From Priestia flexa NBRC 15715 (lineage in GTDB: Bacteria; Bacillota; Bacilli; Bacillales; Bacillaceae_H): 24,000 bases of DNA. Positions 1 through 9,899 of the stretch are shown one piece after another (positions within the stretch are counted from its first letter, which is position 1; every line of letters begins with the position of its first letter). The translations under genes and the position numbers were made by a program. The stretch covers positions 1,375 to 25,374 of the forward strand of contig NZ_BCVD01000046.1 of NCBI RefSeq assembly GCF_001591565.1, in the 5' to 3' direction. The notes beneath the pieces are model-generated. The model did no database searches. It was given only the letters and a program-made list of their open reading frames with translations, and had not been told where the DNA came from.

Positions 1-1187
1 GCAATTGTGTTACCCATTAAGTTTACAACTGTACGAGCCATATCCATAATTCGGTCCACACCGGCAATGAATGCAAGACCTTCGGCTGGAATTCCAATCG
101 TACCCAACGTTGCTAATAATACAACAAATGATGTTCCTGGAACGGCTGCCATCCCTTTTGAAGTAATCATAAGCACTAGGATTAGCGTTAGCTGTTCGAC
201 AATGGTTAAGTCAATTCCATAAACCTGTGCCAAGAAAATAGCGGCAATTGCTTGATACAGCACAGATCCATCTAAGTTAAACGTATAACCAATTGGGATA
301 ACAAACGATACAATAGCTTTTGGACATCCCATTTTTTCTAATTTGCCCATAATACGCGGTAATACCGTTTCTGAACTTGATGTGCTATATGCTAACAGCA
401 ATTCATCTTTTAAATAACGCATTAATGTAAAGATATTTACACCAGCCCATTTCGCAACCGCTCCTAAAACCACAATTAAGAAGAACAGTAAACCAGCGTG
501 AACTAGAATAACAAGTTTCGCTAGAGACATTAATGATTCTAAACCAAACTTAGAAACAGTTACACCAATGAGAGCAAAGACCCCGATAGGAGCAACTTTC
601 ATCACCATGTTAACAACATGGAACATCGCATGAGAAACGCCGTCAAAAAATTGTAAAACAGGCTTTCCACGATCCCCAATAGCTGCTACACCTAATCCAA
701 ATAACACGGAGAAAAAGATGATGGCTAACATGTCACCTTCCACTAATGATTGGAAGAAGTTCGTTGGAACAATATGAAGGAACGTTTCTGCAACGGATTT
801 CTCACTTTGTTCTTCACTTGTCTCTACGTACTGGTTAATATCAGTCTTTTGTGCAGATTCAATGTCCACTCCTACACCTGGTTGGAAAGCATTAGCCAAT
901 AAAACACCTATAATGATTGCAAACGTTGTGATGACTTCAAAGTAAATGATAGTCTTAGCACCTAATCGGCCTACTTGCTTGCCGTTACCAGCGCCCGCAA
1001 TACCAACAATTAAGCTTGAGATAACAATTGGAATAACAATCATTTTAATCAGGCGTAAGAATAAGTCGCCCAGCGGCTGTAAATACGTTGCTACTCTTGG
1101 ATCATTAAACCAAATAACACCAACTAGAATACCTAAAATTAAACCAACAAAAATTTGTGTTGCCATGCCAAACCGCAATTTTTTCAT
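1..1187 (-). CDS. gltT: Proton/sodium:glutamate(aspartate) symporter, DAACS family (GltT/GltP-like). N-terminal ~395 aa; the C-terminus runs off the window
   Basis: Hand translation of the minus strand from ATG at 1187-1185 gives MKKLRFGMATQIFVGLILGILVG...LIKMIVIPIVISSLIVGIAG...YSTSSSETVLPRIM...VIPIGYTFNLDGS...MITSKGMAAVPG...IAGVDRIMDMARTVVN. These are the hallmark DAACS motifs. RBS GAGGAGAG lies 5 nt upstream. Not in the ORF track because there is no stop codon inside the window. Confidence 0.85.
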   Translation of the reverse strand, partial: MKKLRFGMATQIFVGLILGILVGVIWFNDPRVATYLQPLGDLFLRLIKMIVIPIVISSLIVGIAGAGNGKQVGRLGAKTIIYFEVITTFAIIIGVLLANAFQPGVGVDIESAQKTDINQYVETSEEQSEKSVAETFLHIVPTNFFQSLVEGDMLAIIFFSVLFGLGVAAIGDRGKPVLQFFDGVSHAMFHVVNMVMKVAPIGVFALIGVTVSKFGLESLMSLAKLVILVHAGLLFFLIVVLGAVAKWAGVNIFTLMRYLKDELLLAYSTSSSETVLPRIMGKLEKMGCPKAIVSFVIPIGYTFNLDGSVLYQAIAAIFLAQVYGIDLTIVEQLTLILVLMITSKGMAAVPGTSFVVLLATLGTIGIPAEGLAFIAGVDRIMDMARTVVNLMGNTI

Positions 1188-1236
1188 ATGTGCTCTCCTC
1201 TCTGTTGTAAAGCGATTTTATTTTTTCTGAAAATTT

Positions 1237-1267
1237 AAAAAAGACCATTCTAAAAGAAAGAATGGTC
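1237..1267 (-). terminator. Intrinsic terminator forming the expression platform of the c-di-AMP riboswitch
   Basis: Minus strand reads GACCATTCT-TTCTTTT-AGAATGGTC followed by TTTTTT, about 50 nt upstream of the gltT start. The upstream segment AGAAAGAA (plus 1283-1290) is complementary to TTCTTTCT in the terminator 5' arm, giving a possible antiterminator. Confidence 0.7.
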
Positions 1268-1422
1268 GACAAAAAGACAATGTTCTTTCTCTCAATAAGC
1301 AGACGAGGTTAACTGTCGGATTCGGGTTTGAGAGTACCCTACTTTCACTCAGGAAAGATTCACCCCAAGGCATATGATATACCAAATTTGTGGTTCCCCC
1401 GCTCTAATGTAGACTAAGCTTC
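1268..1422 (-). promoter_or_regulatory. ydaO/kimA-class c-di-AMP riboswitch aptamer
   Basis: Minus strand contains AGAGCGGGGGAACC...TGGGGTGAATC...AACCCGAATCCGACAGTTAACCTCGTCTGC. This matches my memory of the conserved ydaO-motif blocks (GCGGGGGACCC / GGGGUGAAUC / ACCCGAAxCCGxCAGCUAACCUCGUAAGC). It lies in the 5' leader of a transporter and is followed by a terminator. Confidence 0.8.
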
Positions 1423-1552
1423 TTATTAAATTATTTTTCTGAAATATTATACAGAATTAATATTTTATTCAATAAGAATAATTTATCTGTTTTTCGAAAG
1501 CTTGTCAATTTATTTTTATGACTCAAAACTTTTTAACTATATAAATGCCAAA

Positions 1553-1594
1553 ATATAAAACAGCCTTGGCTCTAAATGTAACCAAGGCTGTTTT
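1553..1594. terminator. Rho-independent terminator after uppP (A-run/T-run on both sides)
   Basis: CAGCCTTGG (1561-1569) and CCAAGGCTG (1582-1590) form a 9-bp stem. It is flanked by AAAA and TTTT and lies 8 nt past the uppP stop. Confidence 0.75.
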
Positions 1595-1601
1595 AGCATT
1601 C

Positions 1602-2426
1602 TTAAAAGAATACAAGATAAATAGCAACTGCTAATACAATACGATAAATAGCAAAAGGTACCAATTTTATTCGATTAATTAATTTTAAGAAAAAGCGAAT
1701 GGAAACAAGCGCTACAATGAAAGCACTAATAAAACCAGCAATGAAAAAAGGTAATGCATCAATTGTGAAATACTGCCAATTTTTGATTAATGATAACCCA
1801 CTAGCTCCTGCCATAATAGGAACAGCCATAATAAAAGTAAAGTCAGAAGCTGCTCGGTGGCTCATACCCAAAAGTACCCCACCTGAAATCGTAGCACCAG
1901 AACGCGAAAATCCTGGCCATAGAGCGATACATTGAAACAATCCAACACCAATGGCTTGACGATAGGTCATTTGATCTACCGTTTCTGTTTTTGGAATTCT
2001 TGAAGCAAAGCGGTCTGCAATAATCATTAAAATTGCTCCTGCAATTAAGCTGACTAACACCGTGTTCAACGAGAACAAATGCTTGTCAATAAAATCTTCA
2101 AATAAGAATCCTAATACAGCTGCCGGAAGCAAACCAACGATAACTTGAGAAAGTTTTAATCGATTTGTTACCTGTTCATATTTCTCATTTTTACGATTTA
2201 ACCCTAATAGATTAATAAAACGATTTCTAAACAAAACAACAACGGCTAGGATCGAGCCTAATTGAATGACAATCTTAAATGTATTAGCAACCTCTGGTGA
2301 AAATAGTTCTTTTGAATTCAGCCATAAATCATCTACAATAATCATGTGTCCGGTCGATGATACAGGCGCAAATTCAGTTAGACCTTCTACAATTCCTAAA
2401 ATAATCGCAACAATAATTTCCCACAT
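1602..2426 (-). CDS. uppP: Undecaprenyl-diphosphate phosphatase (BacA/UppP)
   Basis: MWEIIVAIILGIVEGLTEFAPVSSTGH...PGFSRSGATISGG... are the classic BacA family motifs. The start was moved from the track's 2444 to ATG 2426, which follows GAAAGGTAGAG. Confidence 0.9.
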   Translation of the reverse strand: MWEIIVAIILGIVEGLTEFAPVSSTGHMIIVDDLWLNSKELFSPEVANTFKIVIQLGSILAVVVLFRNRFINLLGLNRKNEKYEQVTNRLKLSQVIVGLLPAAVLGFLFEDFIDKHLFSLNTVLVSLIAGAILMIIADRFASRIPKTETVDQMTYRQAIGVGLFQCIALWPGFSRSGATISGGVLLGMSHRAASDFTFIMAVPIMAGASGLSLIKNWQYFTIDALPFFIAGFISAFIVALVSIRFFLKLINRIKLVPFAIYRIVLAVAIYLVFF

Positions 2427-2537
2427 TTTTACTCTACCTTTCAAGATTACATAATTTTTTCATCTTCATAGCAAACGTGAATATTCGCTTTTTATCATAA
2501 TTGTTTGCTGATAAAAACACAATCTTTATTTGAAGAA

Positions 2538-2567
2538 CAAAAAAAGCCCAAACTGGGCTTTTTTTAT
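2538..2567. terminator. Rho-independent terminator after brnQ
   Basis: AAAAAAAGCCCA-AAC-TGGGCTTTTTTT sits directly downstream of the brnQ stop at 2576. Confidence 0.7.
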
Positions 2568-2575
2568 GGACAATC

Positions 2576-3916
2576 TTATTTACTATATGATTTAACTTGT
2601 TTTGAGTGAACTACTTTACCTTTTAGATTATATAAGCTAAGAAGATAACCGCCCATAGCCCCAGCGATTGCTGGTACTAACCAACCAAATCCTGTGTTAT
2701 ACAATGGCAAAGTCTTTACAAGTTCCCCCCAAGCACCTAAGTTTAACCCTGACTGAAGACAAGCGTCCGTTACGCTTACAATTCCAACGAATAAAATAGA
2801 TAAAGCATATACACCTTGCTTTCCTTTGATTAAAGAATTCGTTAATGATAGAACAATTAGCATAATAGCAACAGGGTAAATAGCTGTTAAAACTGGAACT
2901 GAAATTTTTAGAATCATGGTTAATCCTAAGTTTGCAACAAGTAAACTAAATACGGCAATTGTACTAACCCAAACCTTATATGATACTTTCGGTACTAATT
3001 GCTCAAAATACTGACTGCATGAGGTTAATAATCCAACAGAAGTTGTTAAACACGCTAGCGTAAATACAACTCCTAATAGAACAGCTCCGAACGGTCCAAA
3101 AAGCGTAAATACAATGTTCGTTAACGTTATTGCTCCATTTGCTGCATTGGCATGACTAACAGATCCTAAATATGCCAGCATAAGATAAATAATAGCTAGC
3201 AACGTTCCTGCAATTACTCCTGCACGAATGGATGATGACATAATACTTTTCGCACTAGTCATTCCTTTTTGCTTCAAAGCCATTGCAATGACAATTCCAA
3301 AGTTTAGCGCAGCGATTGTATCCATGGTCGCATAACCATCGGTAAATCCAGTAGCGAATGCTTTTGTGACATAATTACCTGCAGGTTGACCAGCCGGCTC
3401 AAAAGGATAAGAAAGGGCACGAATAAAAATAAGTGAAATAAGAACTAATAAAACTGGCGTTAATACTTTTCCAAAGCGGTCAACAAGCTTTGAAGGCTTT
3501 AAAGCTAACCAGTAAGCAAGTGCAAAATAACAAAACGTATATCCAAACAGCGCGGCTTTTACATTTACTCCTTCAGGTAAAAAAGGCTGTACGCCCATTT
3601 CAAATGCTAAGCTTCCTGCTCGTGGGATTCCTAAAAAAGGTCCAATTGCTAAGTAAATCATGACCGTAAATACAACGGCGAAAACTGGGTGGACTCGGTT
3701 TGCTAATGAATGAAGACCATTTGATTTTGCTACAGCAATGACACCCAGGATTGGTAGCCCCACAGCCGATAAAATGAAGCCTGTAACAGCTGGCCACAAT
3801 TCACTTCCAGCAGACTGTCCTAAAAATGGAGGGAAAATTAAGTTTCCTGCTCCAAAAAATAATGAGAATAGCATTAAACTAATAAACAGTGTATCTTTTC
3901 TTGATAAAGCATTCAT
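2576..3916 (-). CDS. brnQ: Branched-chain amino acid transport system II carrier (LIVCS family)
   Basis: MNALSRKDTLFISLMLFSLFFGAGNLIFPPFLGQ... is a polytopic protein of about 446 aa with the typical BrnQ N-terminus. The start was moved to ATG 3916, which is preceded by TAGGAGGAAC. The track ORF extends upstream to 3973. Confidence 0.9.
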   Translation of the reverse strand: MNALSRKDTLFISLMLFSLFFGAGNLIFPPFLGQSAGSELWPAVTGFILSAVGLPILGVIAVAKSNGLHSLANRVHPVFAVVFTVMIYLAIGPFLGIPRAGSLAFEMGVQPFLPEGVNVKAALFGYTFCYFALAYWLALKPSKLVDRFGKVLTPVLLVLISLIFIRALSYPFEPAGQPAGNYVTKAFATGFTDGYATMDTIAALNFGIVIAMALKQKGMTSAKSIMSSSIRAGVIAGTLLAIIYLMLAYLGSVSHANAANGAITLTNIVFTLFGPFGAVLLGVVFTLACLTTSVGLLTSCSQYFEQLVPKVSYKVWVSTIAVFSLLVANLGLTMILKISVPVLTAIYPVAIMLIVLSLTNSLIKGKQGVYALSILFVGIVSVTDACLQSGLNLGAWGELVKTLPLYNTGFGWLVPAIAGAMGGYLLSLYNLKGKVVHSKQVKSYSK

Positions 3917-4003
3917 GTGAGTTCCTCCTAGATTGTTTGTATTTCTGATTTTTCTGTCTAATGTCAATATCACTTTCCACTCGAATCACTCCTTTTTATA
4001 CAC

Positions 4004-4258
4004 AAAAAAATCCCGTCCCTAAAAAGGGACGAGATATAATTCTCGCGTTACCACCCTCGTTCTGCTAAAAACAGCAGCACTCGCCAACGTACGTGTTCAT
4101 ACGTGTTCCTTCTAACGGTGGACGTCCGAATATACTTACTATAAGGCTTCAGCATATTTTCTCAGAGATGATTTTCAGCTAGGAACTGTACGCTAACTTT
4201 CAGCAAACGTTAGCTCTCTGGGGAACAGTTTTCATAACCTACTCGTTCTCTTCAACGA
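4004..4258 (-). promoter_or_regulatory. T-box leader (tRNA-sensing riboswitch) with terminator, controlling brnQ. Probable specifier is AUC (Ile)
   Basis: The minus strand shows the GA/K-turn and AGTA box (TTGAAGAGAACGAGTAGG) and the distal CCAGAGAG...GCTGAAAG. It also shows a specifier-loop-like GAAA-AUC-A-UCUC (AUC = plus 4170-4172) and the T-box sequence GAGGGTGGTAACGCG (plus 4044-4056). The terminator is GTCCCTTTTTAGGGACGGGATTTTTTT (plus 4004-4034). Confidence 0.85.
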
Positions 4259-4437
4259 ATTTATAAGGTGTTTTAATTGAATAAAAATATTCTAACAAAA
4301 CTTTTAAGATTTGTATACAAAAATTAAAATATTTTATCAATTATATTTTTTCCCATTAATAGTCAGTCTATAAAATGAAACTTCTAGCTAATTCGTTCGT
4401 ATATACTACTATATTACTTAATAGGAGGCTCTTATAC

Positions 4438-4725
4438 ATGAGCGGAAATGTACGTGTTATGAAATGGCTAACGGCTGGGTATGAAGCATTTTTAGGTATT
4501 CCTCTAATTGGTGGTGCATTCATCATAAGCTTTTCATGGGGACCTTTAGTATTTGCTTTTTTCCTGCATGCAATTGCTCTATTTTTATCTCATAAAGAAG
4601 GTCGTTCAGCTTACGGAAATATTTTGGGGATGGTGACATCATTTGTCGGCGTAATCCCAGTTGTGGGAATGGTTATGCATATTATTACCGCTATTGTTAT
4701 TGCATTTGAAGCAGCAAAAAGATAA
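4438..4725 (+). CDS. Small hypothetical membrane protein (95 aa, about 3 TM segments)
   Basis: ATG 4438 is preceded by TAGGAGG (4421-4428 region). Product MSGNVRVMKWLTAGYEAFLGIPLIGGAFIISFSWGPLVFAFFLHAIALF... is strongly hydrophobic. The upstream extension in the ORF track has no RBS. Confidence 0.6.
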   Translation: MSGNVRVMKWLTAGYEAFLGIPLIGGAFIISFSWGPLVFAFFLHAIALFLSHKEGRSAYGNILGMVTSFVGVIPVVGMVMHIITAIVIAFEAAKR

Positions 4726-4733
4726 ATAACCGC

Positions 4734-4761
4734 TTGCATTTTTCCCTAATGATGGTAGAAT
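4734..4761 (+). promoter_or_regulatory. Sigma-A-type promoter for the thiC leader
   Basis: TTGCAT (4734-4739), a 16-nt spacer ending in TGG (extended -10), then TAGAAT (4756-4761), about 20 nt before the THI-box. Confidence 0.55.
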
Positions 4762-4782
4762 GAAGTCGTCAATTAAATGATT

Positions 4783-4882
4783 TTCTACTAGGGGTGTCTG
4801 ATTACACAGACTGAGAGAAGAGTTATTGTGCTCTTTAACCCTCTGAACCTGATTTGGGTTATACCAACGTAGGGAAGTAGTC
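4783..4882 (+). promoter_or_regulatory. TPP (THI-box) riboswitch aptamer
   Basis: CTAGGGGTGTC...GACTGAGAG...AACCCTCTGAACCTGATTTGGGTTATACCAACGTAGGGAAG matches the THI-box consensus. It lies upstream of thiC. Confidence 0.9.
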
Positions 4883-4926
4883 TTGAAAGAACGGTGTTTT
4901 ATGCTGTTTTCTTTTTTGTCTATTCC

Positions 4927-4958
4927 ATCGGGCTCTTACATAGAGCCCGATTTTTTTG
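4927..4958 (+). terminator. Riboswitch-controlled intrinsic terminator in the thiC leader
   Basis: ATCGGGCTC-TTACATA-GAGCCCGAT followed by TTTTTTT, about 50 nt before the thiC start. Confidence 0.8.
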
Positions 4959-4991
4959 TTCGGTATAGCTTATTTTCTCAAAATCTACTAG

Positions 4992-6776
<1,785 letters not shown>

Positions 6777-6783
6777 TAAAAAG

Positions 6784-6813
6784 CACCGAGGTAAGCAACT
6801 ACTTATCTCGGTG
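6784..6813. terminator. Bidirectional terminator between convergent thiC and the vanZ-like gene
   Basis: CACCGAG (6784-6790) and CTCGGTG (6807-6813) form a stem with a 16-nt loop, preceded by AAAAAG. The U-tracts are weak. Confidence 0.5.
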
Positions 6814-6814
6814 T

Positions 6815-7258
6815 CTATCGTTTTAAAATAAGTCTTTTAAAGAAAAAGAGCAGCTTAACTAAAATCCATCCGACCAGTGTTCCAATTGAATTTAGCAGAA
6901 TATCATCAATATCAAAAACTCGCTCTGTTAACTCATATTGTAAAATCTCAACAGTGAAACTGATTAAGAACCCTGTGACAACCACTTGAATAAATCCGTC
7001 AAATGATTTCATAAAAAGCGGTATAAACATTCCAATTGGAGCAAACATTACAATATTCCCTATTACGTTCACGAATGCTAGCTCAAGATTTCCACTGGCC
7101 CACATGAGCTTAATTGTACTAAATAAGCTTAAGTTCATGGCTTGCCCATATACTTGCTCGTTTTCTTTAATGAGCGTGACGTAAATAAGTGTCACACCAT
7201 ATATAATAAACAAGAAAAGCAATCCTTGTTTTACTTTTTTCTTTGTATTATCCGTCAT
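6815..7258 (-). CDS. VanZ-like family membrane protein
   Basis: MTDNTKKK...NLSLFSTIKL...NVIGNIVMFAPIGMFIPL...SFTVEILQYELTERVFDIDDILLNSIGTLVGW matches the VanZ pattern (N..PF.., N..F.P.G, E..Q...R..D..D...N..G). The start was moved to ATG 7258 behind GAAGGTG. The track's GTG 7270 lies inside the RBS. Confidence 0.75.
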   Translation of the reverse strand: MTDNTKKKVKQGLLFLFIIYGVTLIYVTLIKENEQVYGQAMNLSLFSTIKLMWASGNLELAFVNVIGNIVMFAPIGMFIPLFMKSFDGFIQVVVTGFLISFTVEILQYELTERVFDIDDILLNSIGTLVGWILVKLLFFFKRLILKR

Positions 7259-7520
7259 GTTTTTCCACACCTTCTCTGTCCTTACCGTCTGCTTTTACTT
7301 CTATCATATTGTACATGCTATGTATTTATGAAACATTCAGCTTACCTTATCCTATCACGTTACCTCTTTTTCTGGATACCAAACTTTAAAAATAAAAGAG
7401 ACTGGGACACAATGAAATGATTCCTTCTCAAAGGCGAATCATTACTTTGTTATAATAGCTAGGTTGTAAGCACAAGTTCGTTCCCTTACGCTAGTTTTTT
7501 GAATTTGTTTTTGAACCAAC

Positions 7521-7571
7521 AAAAAAATACCCAAGCTATCAAAAGCAGTTAACTTGTGATAGTTGGGGTAT
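7521..7571 (-). terminator. Rho-independent terminator downstream of the decayed ger operon
   Basis: Minus strand reads ACCCCAACTATCA-(loop)-TGATAGCTTGGGT followed by ATTTTTTT. The stem is 13 bp with 2 mismatches or wobbles. Confidence 0.55.
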
Positions 7572-7609
7572 ATCATTGTTTGAAGCACTTATGTCTCAAC
7601 CTCTTGTAA

Positions 7610-7921
7610 TTAATTAATGATTCCTCGATGAATCACTTCAACAGTTACATCTGGTTTAATATCGATTTGAGCATAGTCTTTTTTCCATTCATCTTTACCT
7701 TATCTGTCATCGTCATATATTTGTTCTTTTTATTTGATAATAATAATGCTTTTGCTTCCTCATCTTTTAACGTTATTCCCGAAAATTCCCCCCATTAAAT
7801 AACGCAATTCCCTTTATTTCTACAGACATGTTTTCCATATTAAATTTTGCATAAGGTAGAGCTAACCCTTTTCCTTCATCAAATAACAATGTACAAATCG
7901 TTTGAAGAGTCTCTACTGGTA
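7610..7921 (-). pseudogene. Frameshifted internal fragments of a GerA-family C-subunit (germination lipoprotein) gene
   Basis: Three minus-strand frames read in succession. They are ETLQTICTLLFDEGKGLALPYAKFNMENMSVEIKGIALFNGGNFRE*, then GEFSGITLKDEEAKALLLLSNKKNKYMTMTDKVKMNGKK, then DYAQIDIKPDVTVEVIHRGIIN*. This resembles the mid-region pattern of GerxC proteins (..LP.i......v.i.G.a.F..dk..G.L...E..g..). Only about 100 of about 370 expected residues are present. Confidence 0.55.
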
Positions 7922-8951
7922 CGAGTGATTGCTTTTCACCGTTAAAATTAGATCAACAGGGATAAGCTCATAGTGAAATGAAATCGTAGCAATATATAAT
8001 GCTGGTAGACTGATTGCCACAAAAAAAACTAAAGATCCTCAACAATCGAAAGAAAGAGCCGTACAAAGAGCGCGTATTATAATCTTCTGGTGATTGATAG
8101 AATGTAAAAAAGCAAGAAGGCGCAACAATTGTGGATGAGTTTCCAGCTGTCATAATCACAATTCTTCCTTCTAATAAATTCCCCATCACGCGGTCCGGTC
8201 TTTCTGTATTAAGCGGCTGTGGAAAAGGTGAAAACGGTGAATTTTCAAGAGCTTCTTCAATAATACTCCCGCTTTCCACCGCGTCCACGTCAATTGATTC
8301 TAATCGTCGAAATACTTCTTCATAGTATTCTGGATTTGAAATTCCTTTAAGGTATAAAACAGCTACTCTCGTGCGCGAAATTGTACCGACTTCAAGGTAT
8401 TTAACGATTAAGCTTCCATCTAAAAAACGCTGACGCATTAAGTTTATGTTTTTATCTAGATTTTCAACAAACCCTTCATGAGAACCGCGCACAACTTTTT
8501 CATCGATTGCTTGGCTAACTTCCCTAGATGCAGGAAGCGTAGCATCAATTACATATAAAATGGGTGTATCTTCAAGAAATAAAATAGCTCCTCCGCGACA
8601 GAGCAACGTAATGATTTCATGCAAATCTTGAGATTCGTTAACGGAACCGATTTGAATAACCTCTTTTGGGTCTCCTTCCTTTTCAAGAAGCATTAGTTTA
8701 ATTACATGTTCGTTTAATTTCACCGAATCCATGAATGGTACAAAATACATTAAAAGCGCTTTTTTACCATTAAAAGTTAACCAGCGCTCACCTAAATCAC
8801 TTGTATAGTCTAAGTACTCTTGAATATACTTTTTATTTTCTTCAATTGTTAGTTTGAGCGGAATGTTGATAGATGCTGGATCTTGCTTTGGTACGCTTGC
8901 TTGCTTTTGTTTTTTCTTTTTGGGATAACGTTTAATCAGCATCAAATCCAC
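7913..8951 (-). pseudogene. GerA-family spore germination protein, A subunit, frameshifted and C-terminally truncated
   Basis: The N-terminal soluble domain is intact (..ILFLEDTPILYVIDATLPASREVSQAIDEKVVRGSHEGFVENLDKNINLMRQR..PQPLNTERPDRVMGNLLEGRIVIM..FYQSPEDYNTR..FFRLLR). After LRIFSFF the frame breaks at a T8 run (plus A8 at 8021-8028). The +1 frame continues VAISLPALYIATISFHYELIPVDLILT, which is the expected first TM region. It then diverges and stops at 7913. The remaining ~150-200 aa membrane domain is absent. Confidence 0.8.
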
Positions 8952-9033
8952 CTCAATTCTAAATAGTTAGACTTTCAGTGTTTCTAAATTTGGAAATATT
9001 ATGTAATTTAAACATAAAAAGAAGATTTGGTGT

Positions 9034-9882
9034 TTATCCCAAATCTCCTGACTTATACGTTCCAATCGGTTCCCCATATTTTAATTTTGTTCCACGTTCC
9101 AATGTATTCGTTAGCTTTACCTTATCTCTTTCGAACAAAAGGACTACCGTTGAGCCAAACTCAAATAACCCCACTTCTTCTCCTTTTTCATAAAAGGTAT
9201 CGTTAACAGATGTCGTATAATATTTTCCATTCTTTACATTAGTCGTATGATTTCCGTATGGTACCTGGACACTTCCAACAATAAATGCGCCTACTTTAAC
9301 AAGCGCTATTGTTCCAGCTTGCGTATCCACATATGTGATCAATCGCTCGTTTTTTGTGAATAGCCCAGGAACATGCTCGACTCCGATACGATTAACCGGG
9401 AACAAACGTCCTGGTAAATATGTTGCTTTTTTGACCGCTCCTGAAAGCGGCATATGAATGCGGTGATAATCGCTAGGGCTTAAATAAATGGTTAAAAAAG
9501 TTCCACCGTCAAACCTTTCAGCTTCTTCTTTCGTACACCCAATCAGCTGCTCTACTCGATAATCAATCCCTTTTGCTTGAATAAGAGTTCCTTCCTTAAT
9601 ATCGCCATATTCTGCTACTTTTCCATCTACTGGACTGGAAAGAGTATATGGATCGGCTACGACTTCTCGGGCTTCTGCTTTTAGCTTTCTCGTGAAAAAT
9701 GCAGTGAAATTAGGATAAGAGTCTAAAGATTGTTCCATTTCATCTAGATTAATTTTATAAATTTTGCTATATGGCTTGATGATATATCTGCTAATGCTTG
9801 AGCGTCCTAACACCCCTACTCCACGTGAAATCGCATTTTGTGGTAATATTTCAATGATTTGCTTTGCTATTTGATTAATCAT
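9034..9882 (-). CDS. psd: Phosphatidylserine decarboxylase proenzyme
   Basis: 282 aa with SPVDG, YLSPSDYHRIHMP and the FGST self-cleavage motif (FEFGSTVVL). Confidence 0.93.
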   Translation of the reverse strand: MINQIAKQIIEILPQNAISRGVGVLGRSSISRYIIKPYSKIYKINLDEMEQSLDSYPNFTAFFTRKLKAEAREVVADPYTLSSPVDGKVAEYGDIKEGTLIQAKGIDYRVEQLIGCTKEEAERFDGGTFLTIYLSPSDYHRIHMPLSGAVKKATYLPGRLFPVNRIGVEHVPGLFTKNERLITYVDTQAGTIALVKVGAFIVGSVQVPYGNHTTNVKNGKYYTTSVNDTFYEKGEEVGLFEFGSTVVLLFERDKVKLTNTLERGTKLKYGEPIGTYKSGDLG

Positions 9883-9899
9883 TTCCTATAACATTCCTT

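Noticed and set aside
946-1230. 94-aa plus-strand ORF, and similar antisense ORFs in the track (7-222, 1699-1935, 2266-2454, 3600-3797, 3738-3920, 5029-5307, 5257-5478, 5373-5621, 5917-6201, 8131-8325, 8978-9193, 11664-11849, 11707-11919, 12752-12988, 13378-13701, 13990-14199, 16065-16277, 16494-16700, 16965-17180, 18955-19146, 20846-21037)
   Set aside because: All lie inside or overlap confidently assigned genes, on the opposite strand or in an alternative frame. They lack Shine-Dalgarno sites and have low-complexity or implausible composition, so they are shadow ORFs.
1446-1472. TTGAAT / TATAAT pair upstream of the c-di-AMP riboswitch (minus strand)
   Set aside because: The -10 is perfect, but the spacer to TTGAAT is only 15 nt. 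A second candidate, TTGACA-17-TAAATT, lies further upstream. A promoter surely exists here, but I cannot choose between them without TSS data, so none is listed as a feature.
7142-7420. 92-aa plus-strand ORF upstream of and overlapping the vanZ-like gene
   Set aside because: It overlaps the vanZ-like 5' end in antisense, has no RBS, and its sequence is Leu/Phe/Tyr-rich junk typical of an AT-rich intergenic read-through.
7451-7500. TATAAT followed by a CTAG-GTAAG...CTTAC-CTAG hairpin and T6 on the plus strand (looks like a tiny promoter-terminator unit)
   Set aside because: There is no acceptable -35 element at 17 nt (TCAAAG). The transcript would be only about 40 nt, and the stem is short and interrupted. 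It is probably a relic terminator of lost DNA next to the decayed ger locus.
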